NCBI GenBank assembly: GCA_958009085.1
Contig: OY253678.1
Location: forward strand, 744,001 to 808,000
Length of the DNA stretch: 64,000 bases
Direction: 5' to 3'
From: Protoeuglena noctilucae
Lineage: Eukaryota
Notes under the pieces: model-generated
Database searches by the model: none
Seen by the model: the letters and a program-made list of their open reading frames with translations, nothing else
What the model was told of the DNA's origin: nothing
In this document: positions 37,326 to 49,900 of the stretch, one piece after another
Numbering within the stretch: position 1 is the first letter of the stretch
How the letters are laid out: every line of letters starts with the position of its first letter
Made by a program: the position numbers and the translations under genes

Positions 37326-40300
37326 ATGGCGGGCTCCCTGGGCCTCGCGCCGGTGATAGCCGCGCCGGCCGCGTGCTGTCAGGGTGTGGGCTGCGTCCGC
37401 CGGCTCCCGCGACCACGCCTCGCCTGGGGCTCGCGGCACGAGCCAGCAACGCACCCCCGCACCGCGGTGGTCCGGCGCGCCGTCAAGGGCGGCAAGCGAC
37501 GGAACAAGGAGGAAGATTACGAGATAGTGGAAGAGATAGTCTACGTGACGGACGATGAGGCCGCCCAGGATGCCGAGGAGGACGCGGCGGAGCCGATCGA
37601 GGTGGTTGCCGGTTGCGCCCACCCCCGCGGCGCCGCCGTCGACCTGCCGCTGCCCCGCGCTGCGGGCGTGAGCAGTGTTTGTTCACAACCCCATCGCGCT
37701 GCCGCAGGGGTTGCGAAACTGTTCCGAGATGCTGCCTGTGTCGCGCAGGTGACCACAGCGACGAGCAGCAGCCGGGGCAGGCGCGGGGCGGATGCGGAGG
37801 ACGAGGAGCAGGCGTATCAGAGTGAGTAACGCGCGTGCGCGGCGCTGGACCCGAAGCCGGTCCCCCTGCTCGCCGTACCACATCGCCAGTGGACTGCCCC
37901 CCAGGTTCAGCGAGCCGGGGTCGCTCCCGGGCGGCGAGGGAAGAGGAGGGGGTCGAGGAGGGGGCGCGGGCACGTCAGCGGACGGGAAAGAAGGGCGGGA
38001 GGTCGGGGAAGAAGCGGAAATCGAAGCGCGTCGAGTACCAGGCCGCCCCGCCACCGTCCGAGGGGACCATTGGCGGGTTCAGTCCGCTGCTGCTGGGCGT
38101 GCCGGTCGTGGCGTTGCTGGCGGGGGCGTTCTGGTGGTTCCGGATGCGCGGCGGCACGGTGAGCTTGCCGTCGCTGGGGAAGCGCCCGAGCGCCGGGGAT
38201 GACGACGACGCCCCGCCTGCCATCCCGGATCGGGTCCCCGACCTGGCCGCGATGCTCGCGGGCAAGAGCTCCGGTCCCGAGGTCCTCGACAGGAAGGCGA
38301 AGAAGGAGCTGGGTGAGAGCGGATGGCTGATGTGTGGCGGCCTGCGGGGATCGCACGGGCGGTCGGCACACACGTACGCACAGGGAGGGCCTCGCAAAGT
38401 TTGGATACGTCTTTGAGCCCTTCTAACTCCGTGCGTTCTTGCAGACAAGTTTGCGAGCCAGCTGCGGTCCCAGCAGACGTTGTCGCTCCAGGGGAAGAGT
38501 CTTGGGGACGCGGGGATGGAGTACCTGGCGCCCGCCCTGGCCTTCAACAACGGTGAGGCGCCCGCGGTCTCGCCTGAAACACGAAACGACGCATGCCGGG
38601 CAAGGCAGCTGCCAGGCTTGTGGGTGTCTGAAGACGGGTGTCCCACCACTGGCGTCCCCTGCAGCATGCGTGGCGCTGGATTTGGGCAACAACGGGATTG
38701 GGTCCAAGGGCGCGGCGGCACTATCGGAAGTCTTGCGACAGAACAAGCACCTGGAGTCTCTCAACATGGAGGTCAACAACATCGGGGACGAGGGCGCGGA
38801 GAACCTGGCGGGCCTGCTGATCGCAGGGACCTCGGGCATCAAGAAGCTGCGGCTCGCGAGCAATAACATCGGGGACGCGGGGGCCGCGGCGCTGGCCAGC
38901 GCCCTCAAGTGAGCGGCGCGAGGCTCAGGTGTCTGGGGTGCGGGAAGGCACACGGCTTGCCACCGGCCCTACCTTTTCTCCGGTGCAGGGAGAACACGGT
39001 GGTGAAGAGTCTGGACCTGAGTAGCAACGGCGTCGAGTACGAGGGCATCAAGGCCCTGGCAGAGGCGCTCGTGTCCAACACCACGCTCGAGCAACTGTCC
39101 CTGTCTGACAACTACATCGGGGTGCAGGGCGCCCTTGTGCTGGCCAACGGGCTCCGGGGCAACAAGTCCCTCAAGAGCATCTCCATAGCTGGCAACGACC
39201 TGGGTGACGGCGGATGCGGTGAGCGGCCCGGATTGGCTTGTGGGTAGGCGTCACCGACAGGGACGCGTCCAAACCGCGCCTATCTAAGCTTAGGAGCCTG
39301 TTGTCCCCCAGAGGTGATTCTGTCGGCGCTGGCGGCGCGGGAGGGCGCGGAGCTGACGCAGCTGGACATCGGGAACAACGGGCTGTCGTCGGAGGAGGGG
39401 TGCAAGGCGCTGGCGGATCTTTTGAAGGCCTCGGCCAACACCCTGCAGTCGCTGGTGCTCAAGGGCAACGACCTGGGGGCCAAGTGAGGGCGCGCATGGC
39501 TTGGCGAGCACGTGCGACCGCCCGAGCCTGTTGCAGGGCGGCGACAGGCATTCCCCTGCGCACCCAGGGGCACGGAGGTCGTATTCACGGCCATGGCGGC
39601 GGCCGGCATGCCTGCGCTTAAGGAGCTGCAGGTGGAGACGTGCAGCATTCGCCCCGAGGCGGCCAAGTACGTCGCGGAGGCGCTGGGGGCTTGCAAGGCC
39701 CTCGAGACGGTGAACCTGTCGTCGAATCCCCTGGCCCCGATGGGCATGAAGGCGCTGGCCGAGGCGCTTAAGTTCGGCGACTGCAAGGTCAAGGATCTGC
39801 GCCTGGGCTGGGTCAAGCTGGGGTCCGGTGAGGAGCCACGAAGCGGCACGGCGGTCGGCGAGCCTCCGAGGCAGGGGGCAACGAGCGCCTGACTCCGCTT
39901 GCAGTGGCCGGGGCCGAGTCGGTGGCGGACGTGCTGCAGTTCAACGCGACGATCGAGTCGCTCGACCTCCGGGGCAACGACTTCAAGAACAACGGGGCCC
40001 TGCACGTGGCGCGTGCTCTGCGGGCGCGCGAGGGCGCGGAGCTCAAGGAGCTGCTCCTTGGTGCGGGGCGGCAGCACCTGCAGCTGGCGATGATGATGAG
40101 CCGTGACGAGCGGCGAGAGAGTGCATGCCTGCCCGATCCGATCGCATCCCTTTGCGTTCCGGCGCAGAGTACAACTCCATCGAGGACCAGGGCCTCTGCG
40201 CCATCGCCCAGGCCCTCAAGGCCAACCCGGAGGGCGCGCCCCGGACGCTCAAGGTCTCGTACAACAACCACACGTCCATGTCGCGGGTGGCGTTGGACGA

Positions 40301-40355
40301 GGCCAGGGACATGGTGCTGGAGCTCACGGGGGACGACATGGAGCTGTGGTACTGA
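37326..40355 (+). CDS. Plastid membrane-anchored RNI-like LRR protein (Arabidopsis EMB2004/At1g10510-like)
   Basis: Transit-like N-terminus, TM helix LLLGVPVVALLAGAFWWF and many LxLxxNxIGDxGA repeats. The C-terminus AIAQALKANP...ALDEARDMVLELT...WY resembles EMB2004 as recalled. Confidence 0.8.
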
Positions 40356-40596
40356 CGGCACGACGCGGGTGCAGCTGCACTGTGGCCCTCTGGGTGGCCC
40401 CTGGGTTGCCCCGGGTGGTCATCCGTCGCAATTGAAAGCGTGACAGGACATCGGAAGCCACGGGGATCCTCTCAGCGCAGCGAGGCGCGAAAGCACGTCA
40501 GGATGCGGTGGCGGGAATACCCGCCCTGCGGCGCGGGAGGGGAGGCCGCGCGTCCCGCGGCGGGAGAGACCCCTCCTTCACGTGCCCTACGTCGCC

Positions 40597-41771
40597 ATGG
40601 CTCTCCGGTCTGCCTGCCGCGGCTTGGCGCAGCGCCTCACGGGGGGGAGCGCCCTGGCGCTCCGGGACACGGGGTGCGCGACGATCGCGGGCGCGCTCCA
40701 GCGCACGTTCGCGAAAGGTGAGCACCGGGACCGCCTCCAGCTCCCCCGGACCCCGCGGCGAGTCCCCCTCGATGCATCGGAGACTCTCCGCTCGATACCT
40801 CTCGGGTTCCTGCGCGGGCGAGGGTTTCCGAGGCTGGCATCGTGGCGTCTCGGCGCGCCAGGGACGCGCGGGGTCTGGGGCACCCCGCCCGCGCTTTCTG
40901 CGACCCCCCCGGGCCTATTTAAGGGGGGGTCCTTCCCGTCGACCACCAAGGCTGACGGACGCTTGCCCATTTTCGTGCATGAGATGCGGGACTCGCCTCG
41001 CGTCGGCCCGGGGCGACGCGCGATCCCGGCGACGCGCCCGGCCCCCTGGGCTCCTTTGGGGGGAAATATCCGCTCCGATGGCGCCTTAGAGGTCCCCTCC
41101 CCACAGTCGGGACGCGTGGTTGATCACTAGGCTTGTCATGCGATGCTCCGCCTTCTCGAGCGCGGCCCCCGGCGCCGGACTCGAGGCCCCGAGCCCCGTG
41201 CACGCAGTGGCGGGGGACTGCAAGTACCTGCCTTCGCACGAGTGGGCCAAGATCGAGGGGAACGTGGCAACGGTGGGGATCTCGGACTTCGCGCAGTCTG
41301 GTGAGATACGGGCTCGCTCGCACTCGGGAGCGCGGGTGCGCATCCCCTGCGGCCTGCGCACCGACCGAGCAGCCACGTCCCGCACCGGGCCCGCAGAGCT
41401 GGGGGATGTCGTGTACGTGGAGCTCCCCGAGTTGGGGTCCCAGGTGAAGAAGTCGGAGAACTTCGGGGTCGTGGAGTCGGTCAAGGCGGCGAGCGATGTG
41501 TACTCGCCGGTGTCGGGGGAGGTGATTGAGGTCAACTCGTCGCTCACGGACGAGCCCGGCAAGGTGACGCGGAGCTCTGCGATGCGGCGCTTTACGTGGC
41601 GCTTCCCGGACTTGCGCCTCATGCAGCTATCCGTGCTCGCTCATCGGTCCACAGGTCAACGCCGACTCTTTCGGCGCGGGCTGGATGATCAAGGTCAAGA
41701 TGTCCAACGCCGGCGAGGCGTCCGACCTGCTCGACGCCAAGGCGTACGAGAAGCACTGCGAGGACCACTAG
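40597..41771 (+). CDS. GCSH: Glycine cleavage system H protein, mitochondrial
   Basis: [27 protein letters not shown], lipoyl motif VESVKAASD and GWMIKVK, with a mitochondrial presequence in exon 1. Confidence 0.95.
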
Positions 41772-41955
41772 AGAGAGACTCCCGCGCACAGAACCGTGCG
41801 TGCTGTGGGGTGGTGTTGCCAGCCGCTCTCTCGCGGGCATCTCAGTGCCAATGGTTTCGGTGGCAGGCGGCGCTACCAAGTTTCAACAAAAAGTCATATC
41901 AAGGCGGCAGGGCATCAGCGTGTCGAGGAGCGGTAGATACGATGCGGAGCGGGAC

Positions 41956-42979
41956 TCAGTTGTCGTGGACGCGGCACTCGTCCGCGTCGGGCTCCGTGGC
42001 ACAGTACTTCTCCAGGGGATCGTTCGGCACCTCCTTGGCCTTCTCGTGCGCCTTCTTGGCCGAAAGCTCCTCGACCGTGTCCCACGCGCTGGCGCAGCCG
42101 TTCTGGGGGCACGGCGGGGTCCGGGGCGGTCGGCAGCCGTGGAGGGCCGCGGCACAGGAAGATGCAGAGGACGCTGGCGCGCCCGGCGGGCGGCAGCGGA
42201 AGGGCCGGCGACGCCGCCGGTTCCGGGAAACTGCAGCCCCACGCATGCGGACCCACCTTGTCGTCCGTGGAGCACACCTCCTGGGCCTGGTTGATGGCGT
42301 CGGCGATCTTGCGGTCCAGGTCCTCCTGCGGCGGCGGGCAGGACGGAAATCCGGGCCTCAGCGAGCCGCGACAGGGCGGAAAGCTCAGAACAGGAAGGCG
42401 CCACGCTATCCGGGCCCGCCGCGAGCCCCGGGCTCATTGGGGCCCGCACGCGCCGCCAACGGTGCGGAAGATACGCGTGGAGAAGGGCCGTGCGGGTCAT
42501 ATCCACCGGTTCGCCCGGCGCGGAGAGGGGGCGTGTGCGGTTATTGCGGTGGACAGCCCCACGCCGGGCCCCGACCGCGGGCAGGGGCTGCCCTCAAACG
42601 ACCTGGCAAGCCAGAACCGCAGGCAGGGCACACCAAGGCGCAGGGATCGCGGGGGAGATCGATCGGGGGGGCGAGATCTCTTGTTAAACGGCCCGCGAAG
42701 ACCGGGGCCCCAACCGACAGCGGGGGCGTGCGCCAAGCGGCACATTCCCCCAGACCGAGTTCGATGCGGCGTACGAAGGGCGCCGACGGCTGTGCCGAGG
42801 CCCGGCGACGGCGAGGGAGCTCCGAAAAGTACCTTGTCGCCGGGGCAGTCACGTACGGAGCGTACAGGCGGCGTGGGCATCACCTTGGGAGTGGCACGGA
42901 CGGCGAGGGCCCTAGCCTTGGCCTGCACGCGCACGGAGGCGCGGCTGATCACCACGGCGCGCGTGGGGGCGGCGATCAT
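41956..42979 (-). CDS. CP12: Calvin cycle regulatory protein CP12, 3 exons
   Basis: Transit peptide, then AQEVC...[13 protein letters not shown] and [19 protein letters not shown] with all four cysteines. Confidence 0.93.
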
Positions 42980-43304
42980 CGTGATTTTCGAAGGAAGCGA
43001 GCGCGGGTGTGGCGGAACAGTGAAATTATACGTGAGGGGAGTGCTCGCGAGCCCAGGGGACCGCGGCGCGAGGAAAACCGTGCTTCTCTGGCACACCGAA
43101 ACTGACAGCCAAAGTTGGAGCCAAAGCGACCAGCTCGACTTTCTCGCGCCGCATAGTGTGCAGAGCTGTGCGCTGGACTCATGGCTGCTGCTCGGGGCAC
43201 CTCATGCACCACGCTTGGTGCTCCCCCTGCGGCCAGACGAACGGTCGGTTGTGTTGCAAGGATCCAGACAACAAACCAAGGGCGGCCCTGCCACGCACTG
43301 CGGC

Positions 43305-44536
43305 TCACTTCGTGGGCTGCCATGTGCCCTGGATGAACTCCACAATGCGCTTGGCCGTGGGCTCCGCGTAGTCTTCCTGCGCCAGGTTCCCGACCTTGGC
43401 ATCCAGGGGCTGGCACTGCGGGGGCAGCAGGGGGGCAGAATGCTCGGGAGAGCTCTCATCTTGCGGGGCATGTCGCCCAGAGAGCTGCACCCACCTTGAG
43501 GTTCGTGCGCTTGGTCTCCAGCCACTCGAAGGGCTCGCGAAGGTCTGGGATGAAGGGGTCGCTGCCCGCAGGGACCAGGAGGCCCTCGCCACGGTATCCC
43601 CGGAAGGCCTCGTCGACGTCTCGCAGCAGCGCGGTCCAGTCCAGCGCCTCCATGCTCCGGCGGACGACCTCGGACGCAAACTCATTGCGCTCGTACGGCT
43701 CCTGGTAGCCGTCCGCGTCGCTGCCCTGCATCACGTAGGCCAGGCCCGAGGCCGCCCACAGATCGGCTTGGAACTTGGCGCCGGCCTTGGGGCGCAAGAA
43801 AGGGACGGGGTTCTTGTATGCGGCCAGAGTAGGGGGCAGCTTGGAGCGGAGAGCGAGGGGCGTTGGCAGGATGACGAGCTTGTCGACGCGCTCCTCGTTT
43901 TGCGCGGCCCAGAGGAGCGCGTACTGGCTGAGCACGTACCCCTGCACGACCAAGTTGACCTGCGCAAACACCGCGGCCCGCCATCAGTGGCTCTGCTATG
44001 AGAGACTGACTGATGAGGGGCTCTGCCGTCAGTGATTGATAAAGTGGCTGGAACTCCTATGCAGTCCCACGCCCGCACTGCACCTTCGTGTCCCCGAGCC
44101 CCGCAGCTGCGAGGAACTCCTCCCAGCCCCTCATGTAGTCCTCCCGCGCGTACGCGAGGTCTCGCGGCGCGTCCGTGCCCCCGTGGCCCAGCCAGTCTGG
44201 CGCGATAGCGCGGAGGCCGTCCTTGGCCAAGAGGTCGACCACGTAGCGGTACGTCCATGAGCTCAAGCCGATGCCGTGCACGAGCACGACGGGGGCGCTC
44301 GAGGCGCTACCATCGGGACCCGCCGACCGATACGTCCACGTCGTGCCGGACGCGGTGCTGACCTTGCTGGAGGCGACGCGACGTAGGCTGGATGACGACA
44401 CCACCAGCCCTGTCACGGGGTCGACCTCCTCCAGCTGGGGTGGGGACGATCGTGCCACCACCAGGCGGCCGCGGGGTCGACGTGGAGTCGCCGCCGCGGG
44501 CCTGATCGCGGGCGACGCCGGGAGCGTCGCTGCCAT
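43305..44536 (-). CDS. Plastid-targeted alpha/beta hydrolase (haloalkane dehalogenase/epoxide hydrolase-like fold)
   Basis: VVLVHGIGLSSWTYR, IAPDWLGHGGTD, LVVQGY and C-terminal QEDYAE, with a transit-like N-terminus. Confidence 0.82.
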
Positions 44537-44821
44537 CAGTTTGAGGTGAGGTAAATGCGCGGCGTGCGAGGGTTCCCAAGTCCAGGGGTGCTGTCACGAG
44601 ACAACAGCGCAATTATCTGCCTCCTCGTCCGGAGGTGGGGCGCTAGCACTCGAGGCGTAGTAAGAAAACTGGCACTGTGTCAGGAAAACTATTTTGATGC
44701 GATGCGCTGCATTGTCAGATTGCACGCGTGCGCGAGCTGCTCTGGGGCATCTCGATCGGTATCCGTGTGTTCAGGCATCCAAGAGCGCGGAGGTGTTTGC
44801 AGAAGCACGCACTTCATCCTA

Positions 44822-45472
44822 ATGGCCCCGGGCACCATCCGGCGCGCGACGCAAGGCGACCATGCGACCATCGTGAGCTTCAACAAGTGCGCCGGTGAAG
44901 CTGCTGCCGTGGAATCGAGAGCTGTCAACGGCTGACGCCGCCGCATCCACCGCACGCGTCCCGAACACACCCTTTGCAAGCCCCGTGGAACTCGTCGCAG
45001 GGCTATGGCTCTCGAGACCGAGGGCATCGAGCTGGACCAGGATGTGATCGAAAAAGGCGTGGAGGCCGTGCTCAGCGACCCGTCCAAGGGCCTATACTTC
45101 ATATCCGAGGTGAAGGGGACTCCTGTCGCGCAGATGATGATTACCCTGGAGTGGAGCGACTGGCGCAACCGACAGATGTGGTGGATCCAGTCCGTGTACA
45201 CCGTACCCGGGGCACGGCGGCAGGTGACGCAGGGCCTTGCTCGTAGGGGCATGGGGCATGCTCCTTGCGTTGGAGAAACGGGAAGGTCACGGTGCGCGCA
45301 GGGCCACTTCCGGGCGCTGTACGAGCATGTCCAGCGAGAGGCCGAGCGTGAGGGTGCGGGTGGGCTGCGGCTGTACGTCGACGAGGGCAACGAGCGGGCA
45401 CAGGAGACATACCGGAGGATGGGCATGCAGTGTCATTACAAGCTGTTCGAGCAGCTCTTCACAAGGTACTAG
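44822..45472 (+). CDS. GNAT family N-acetyltransferase, 3 exons
   Basis: MITLEWSDWRN..WWIQSVYT...RRQ|GHFRALY and LRLYVDEGNERAQETYRRMGM. Confidence 0.88.
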
Positions 45473-45689
45473 CGGATTATCGAACGTCACGATTTAGCCG
45501 ATCATGGATCCCACCGCCACGAGCGTCCCCGCGATGTTCAGCCAGAAACCCTATGCGCGGAATCTGGTCTTGTTTTGGCGGCCCGGGGGCTTTAGTATTC
45601 GCCAGTGTCCACAAACGTGCACCCTTATTGTGGCAGTGCCCTCGGCACCGCGCTTGAAGCCTCCTCGACTCCCGAACAGTGCTCGTACG

Positions 45690-46818
45690 ATGCACGTCGT
45701 GGCCACCCTCTCCGGGGCCAGCTGCGCGCGAAGGGTGAGCTTCGAGGCGCCCGTGCATTCGTTCATCGAGCGATCCTTTCGCGCGTCTCGAACGCGCTTA
45801 CCTTGGCTGTCGCGATCCGCCATTTCTAAACCTTCCGGTCTCAGGTCTTTGTGGACCCCGTGCGCCCGCGATTCCGCGCGACTCGGAGCGCCTCCTTCGC
45901 TGCGCGTTCCGTTTATCCTGAAGATGGTTTTCCCACGGTAAGCGGGTCGCAGCAGACCCTGCCGGGAGTGCCCACGGAGGTGGTTGCACGTGCTCCCTCT
46001 CCGCCCAGCGTTCCTCCCGCTCACACGTCGCTGCGCCGTAGAGTAGGGCTACCCTCCCGCGGAGCCTGCAGTCCAGTGATGTGGAGCTCATGGAGAAGGG
46101 GTTGGTGAACGATTCCCCGCTCTTCACTCCCGAGTTCCGGGCCGTCCTGCGCGATGCTCTGCAACACGAGCGGGAGTCGCGCGCGAAGGAGCTGGAGGCG
46201 AGCGTTGCAGAAAGAATGCTACTGTCTTTGCTAAGCGTGACTCCGCGCGCCGCTGGAGGTGCGCGCGTCGCGACGGCACCTCGGATATGCTCCGTGCAGA
46301 GGTATATGGAGCTGGCCAAGCAGCAGGTGGCACAGATGGAGGCAGCTGGCCCACCGAAGCCACCCGAAGCGCAGTCCGCGGAGGAGGAGGTGCTGCTGTC
46401 GGCGATTGAGGGGACGCGGGCGAGCATCGCGAGGATGCAGCTGCTGAAGGAGCAGGCGGAGCTCGGGCTCGACATGGAGAGGCGGCAATTGGAGCGACTA
46501 AGGGCGAGTAGCCGCCGGGCCGGGCAGGCAGAGGAGGGACAGGGGCGCGGTGCAGTGGCGTTGGGTGCATGCGCGCACCGCGCTGGTGCCCGATGAAGCT
46601 CGATGGGTTGCAATGCAGGCGCTGCATCTGCACCTCCCTCCCCTTTGCCGAAGCTTATCCATTGGTGCACGCGAGCTCACAGCGTGCTGGGTCCTACGGC
46701 TCGCTGCTCGACAACTCTCTCTCATGTGCTGCCCTCGCAGTTCATCCTCGACAAAGTCAAGCAGAATCAGGCCTTCAAGAGCGTGGTGGAGACGCTTGGG
46801 AAGGAGCAGACACACTAG
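45690..46818 (+). CDS. Small coiled-coil protein, probably organelle-targeted
   Basis: Exons join KELE|RYMELAK and LERLR|FILDKVK through GC donors at 46198 and 46504. The N-terminus is Ser/Arg-rich and the start is tentative. Confidence 0.55.
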
Positions 46819-46909
46819 GCCGCGCGTGAGCGATGCGAGACGTCCCCATGGGCAAGGGCCGGCCCTTGCCACAGAACAGTACAGCTGCAGCCATGTCGCG
46901 TCAACATTG

Positions 46910-49900
46910 TCACTTCCGCTTGTACCGCGCCTTGCTCTTGAACTGCGCCTTGCCCTTGCCATGGCGCGCGATGACCTTCTTCTCCCGGTCTGCGGAAAGG
47001 GATTGGGGAGAGGGCAGGTCGCCATTCGCTGCGACGTGTTTCTCGACAAGACCTGCATGTACGAGGTGCGCATCAGGTATTGGAAACATCAAGAATACTT
47101 TCAAACATTCCCCACGTGCCGGCGCGACCTGGCTTCAGGCCACGCGCCCTCACCGGACAGCCCCGTCTTGGGGGCGCGGACTTCCTGGCTTCGCCCACCC
47201 CCCGCGTACACCTTGGCGGGGCGGGATACGCCCGCGGCTCTCTCGTCCCCGAACAAACCCTTGGTGGTCGCCGCTTTCTGCTCGACAGACGGTGGCTGGC
47301 GGATCGCGACAGACGGCCAAACGCACGCGCCACTTCACATCAAGCTGGCACGCACCGATGCATTCGAATCCCACGATCGCACCTTTTTCTTGCCCCCCGC
47401 CGCCTCGCCTCCCCGCATGCGCGCCGCCAGCTTGGCCGCCGCCCGCGGGTTGACCCCTTGCTCCAGCAGCTTACGTGCTGCGGACTTGAACCCTCGCGCT
47501 GACTTGGCCGAAGCCTCCATCTCCTTCTCAGACTCGCTCAGCTGAGAGTCATAAGTGAGGAAATCAGTGAGGGAAGATAAGCAAGGTATGCTTAAGACAA
47601 CTGCACGACTCTGCGCGACTCCCATGCCCACGCCACGCCGGTCAAAGGCTGGCTGGCAGCCTAGCCACCCCACGTTGACCCCACACACATACCTTGCGTC
47701 GCTTGACCCCCCCTGCCTCTTCCGCCGCCTTCTCCGCCGCCCTCTTCCTCTTCATCTCCGCCTTTGCTTCGTACTTGTCCGCCTTGGTCCGCCCTGCACC
47801 CTTGTCCTCACTCTCCGGGATCAACAGACCCTCGGACTCCTACGGGGGAACAATGACAGCACGAATGTGCAGTTGGGGCATGCCCCGTCACGGCAGCTAC
47901 CCTCGATCCCGCCAGGACCAGCGTGAGGGTCGGGGTGCGTAGTCAGTACGTGGTCGGTGCCGTGACGGCACTTGCTGAGACGCTCTGAGTGTCATTATGT
48001 CAGCCCATGTCTCACTGCCTCGTCTGCATGCCTAGCGAACGCACATCCCGCCCTTGGTGTGCTCACCGCCTTCATGACCACCTCCGTTGCCCAAACAGAC
48101 GCACATCCCACCCCTGATCTGCTCACCGCCTTCATGACCTTCTTCTTGGCCGCCTTGTCCCGGGTCGTCCGGAACCACTCGCGCTTGGGCCGGGCCTTGA
48201 TCTCCTGCTCATGCGTCAGCAGATTGTCGGCCCAGGATATCTCCATCTCCGCACGGCGCATGGAAGCTTCCTCCCGCTCCTGTGTTGAAATAAGGAGGTG
48301 CGTATGTGAGAGGAGGTGGGCGAGTGACTGGGGCGAAAGAGACGGGCTGCCACTGCACATCCGCAACTCCACGGGTCTTGCCAATCTGTGACAATCATCT
48401 ACAGCCAGCTACGTATGTTCATCTGCAGCACTGCTCGCCTCTGCAAAGATGTCCTGCACTTCCTCGGCCACCCCCTCGAGTCTTTTCTCCATTGCGGCAA
48501 TGGCGGCCCCAGGGATCACGCGCGTCTTGAGAGGCACGCCCTGCTGCGACTTGACGATCTGCAGAAAATGAGGGCAGCGGCCGAGGTCAAAGTGTTGGGA
48601 CTGAGCAGTAGCACCCCGTGTGCACGGCAGACCGCCACCAAGGCTTGCCCAAGCAAGGACGCGTACCGCGGGTGGCACGTGCTACGTTCTGCGCATCGCA
48701 CCTGCTTGAGAAGGGTACGGTCCGCGTCCCCCACGAACGTGACGGCGCGGCCGTTGCGCCCCGCGCGCGCCGTGCGTCCGATGCGGTGGAGGTAGGTGGC
48801 CAGGGTGCGTGGCGCTTCATAGTTGACGACCGTCTCGACGCCCAGGATGTCCAGCCCACGCGCCGCCACGTCCGTGCAGAGAAGGAACTTGGCGTCCCCA
48901 CGCCTGCGCAGACACGTGAGTCACCATGACATCAGGAATCGTCGTATCGCTGAGAGTGACAAATAGCCATGTAGGTGAGCCATCGCAAGTCAAGTCGTTG
49001 CCTGCCGACCGCTGCCGTCGCGCTCTTTCCCATCACAGCAATATTATGCCATATCTCACAGCACGAAAAACTCACCGGAACTTTTCCAGGGACTCGAGGC
49101 GCTCGGCCTGGGTCATGTTGCCGTGCAGCTCCGCCGCGGCCGGCAGCCCCAGCAGACCGAAGAGGACCTTGGTCCGGTGAGCCTGGCGCTTTGTCCCGCA
49201 GAACACGATGGTGCGGCCACCGGACAGCGACCGCCCGCAAAGGGCCAGGAGCGCCGCCTCCTTTGACGCACCCTGGCTGCCCTTCAGGCGCACAATCTGC
49301 GGCACGACGCGACGCCACGTGGACGGTGTTGATACGTGGGATTCGGCATGTGACACTGCCACGATAGTGTCAAAGCTTCACGCCCGTCCCCTTTACACTA
49401 CTGGCCGTGACGTCGTAACCCCGCCACGCTCACCTCTTGCGTCAGGTCCCTGGGCGCCCGGTTGGCCTGGTCGGCAGCCAGTCGCACGGGGCTGTGCAGC
49501 GACACGGCCGCGAGTCGCTCGACCTGCTCCGTCATGGTCGCGGAGAACAGGAGCGTCTGGCGCTTGCGGGGGCACAGTCGCACGATCTCCTTCACCTCAT
49601 CAAGGAAGCCCATCTCGAGCAGACGGTCAGCCTGGGGAGAAACGAGACGAAGAAAGAAAGGCTTCGCATCGCCGGCTGAGCGGTCGGCTGCTGGGGCATG
49701 ACAGCAAGGAGGTGCGAGCGGGCGTGACAGTCGGAGTGACCGCCGCAGTGGCCAATGAAGGCACAGTGGCTGACGGTGGATTCAATACAAAACGCCACTC
49801 GCCTCATCGAGGACCAGGACGGCGAGGTCGTCGAGGTCGACGGACTGGGAGTTCATGAGGAGATCGACGATGCGGCCCGGGGTGGCCACGACCGTCTCGG

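Noticed and set aside
41120..43105. 661-aa ORF as a GCSH fusion protein
   Set aside because: It is read-through of GCSH introns followed by antisense CP12. Spliced GCSH ends at 41771.
49782..49815. Mutated DEAS box in the helicase
   Set aside because: A GC-AG intron splits the motif, and the spliced sequence is DEADRLLE.
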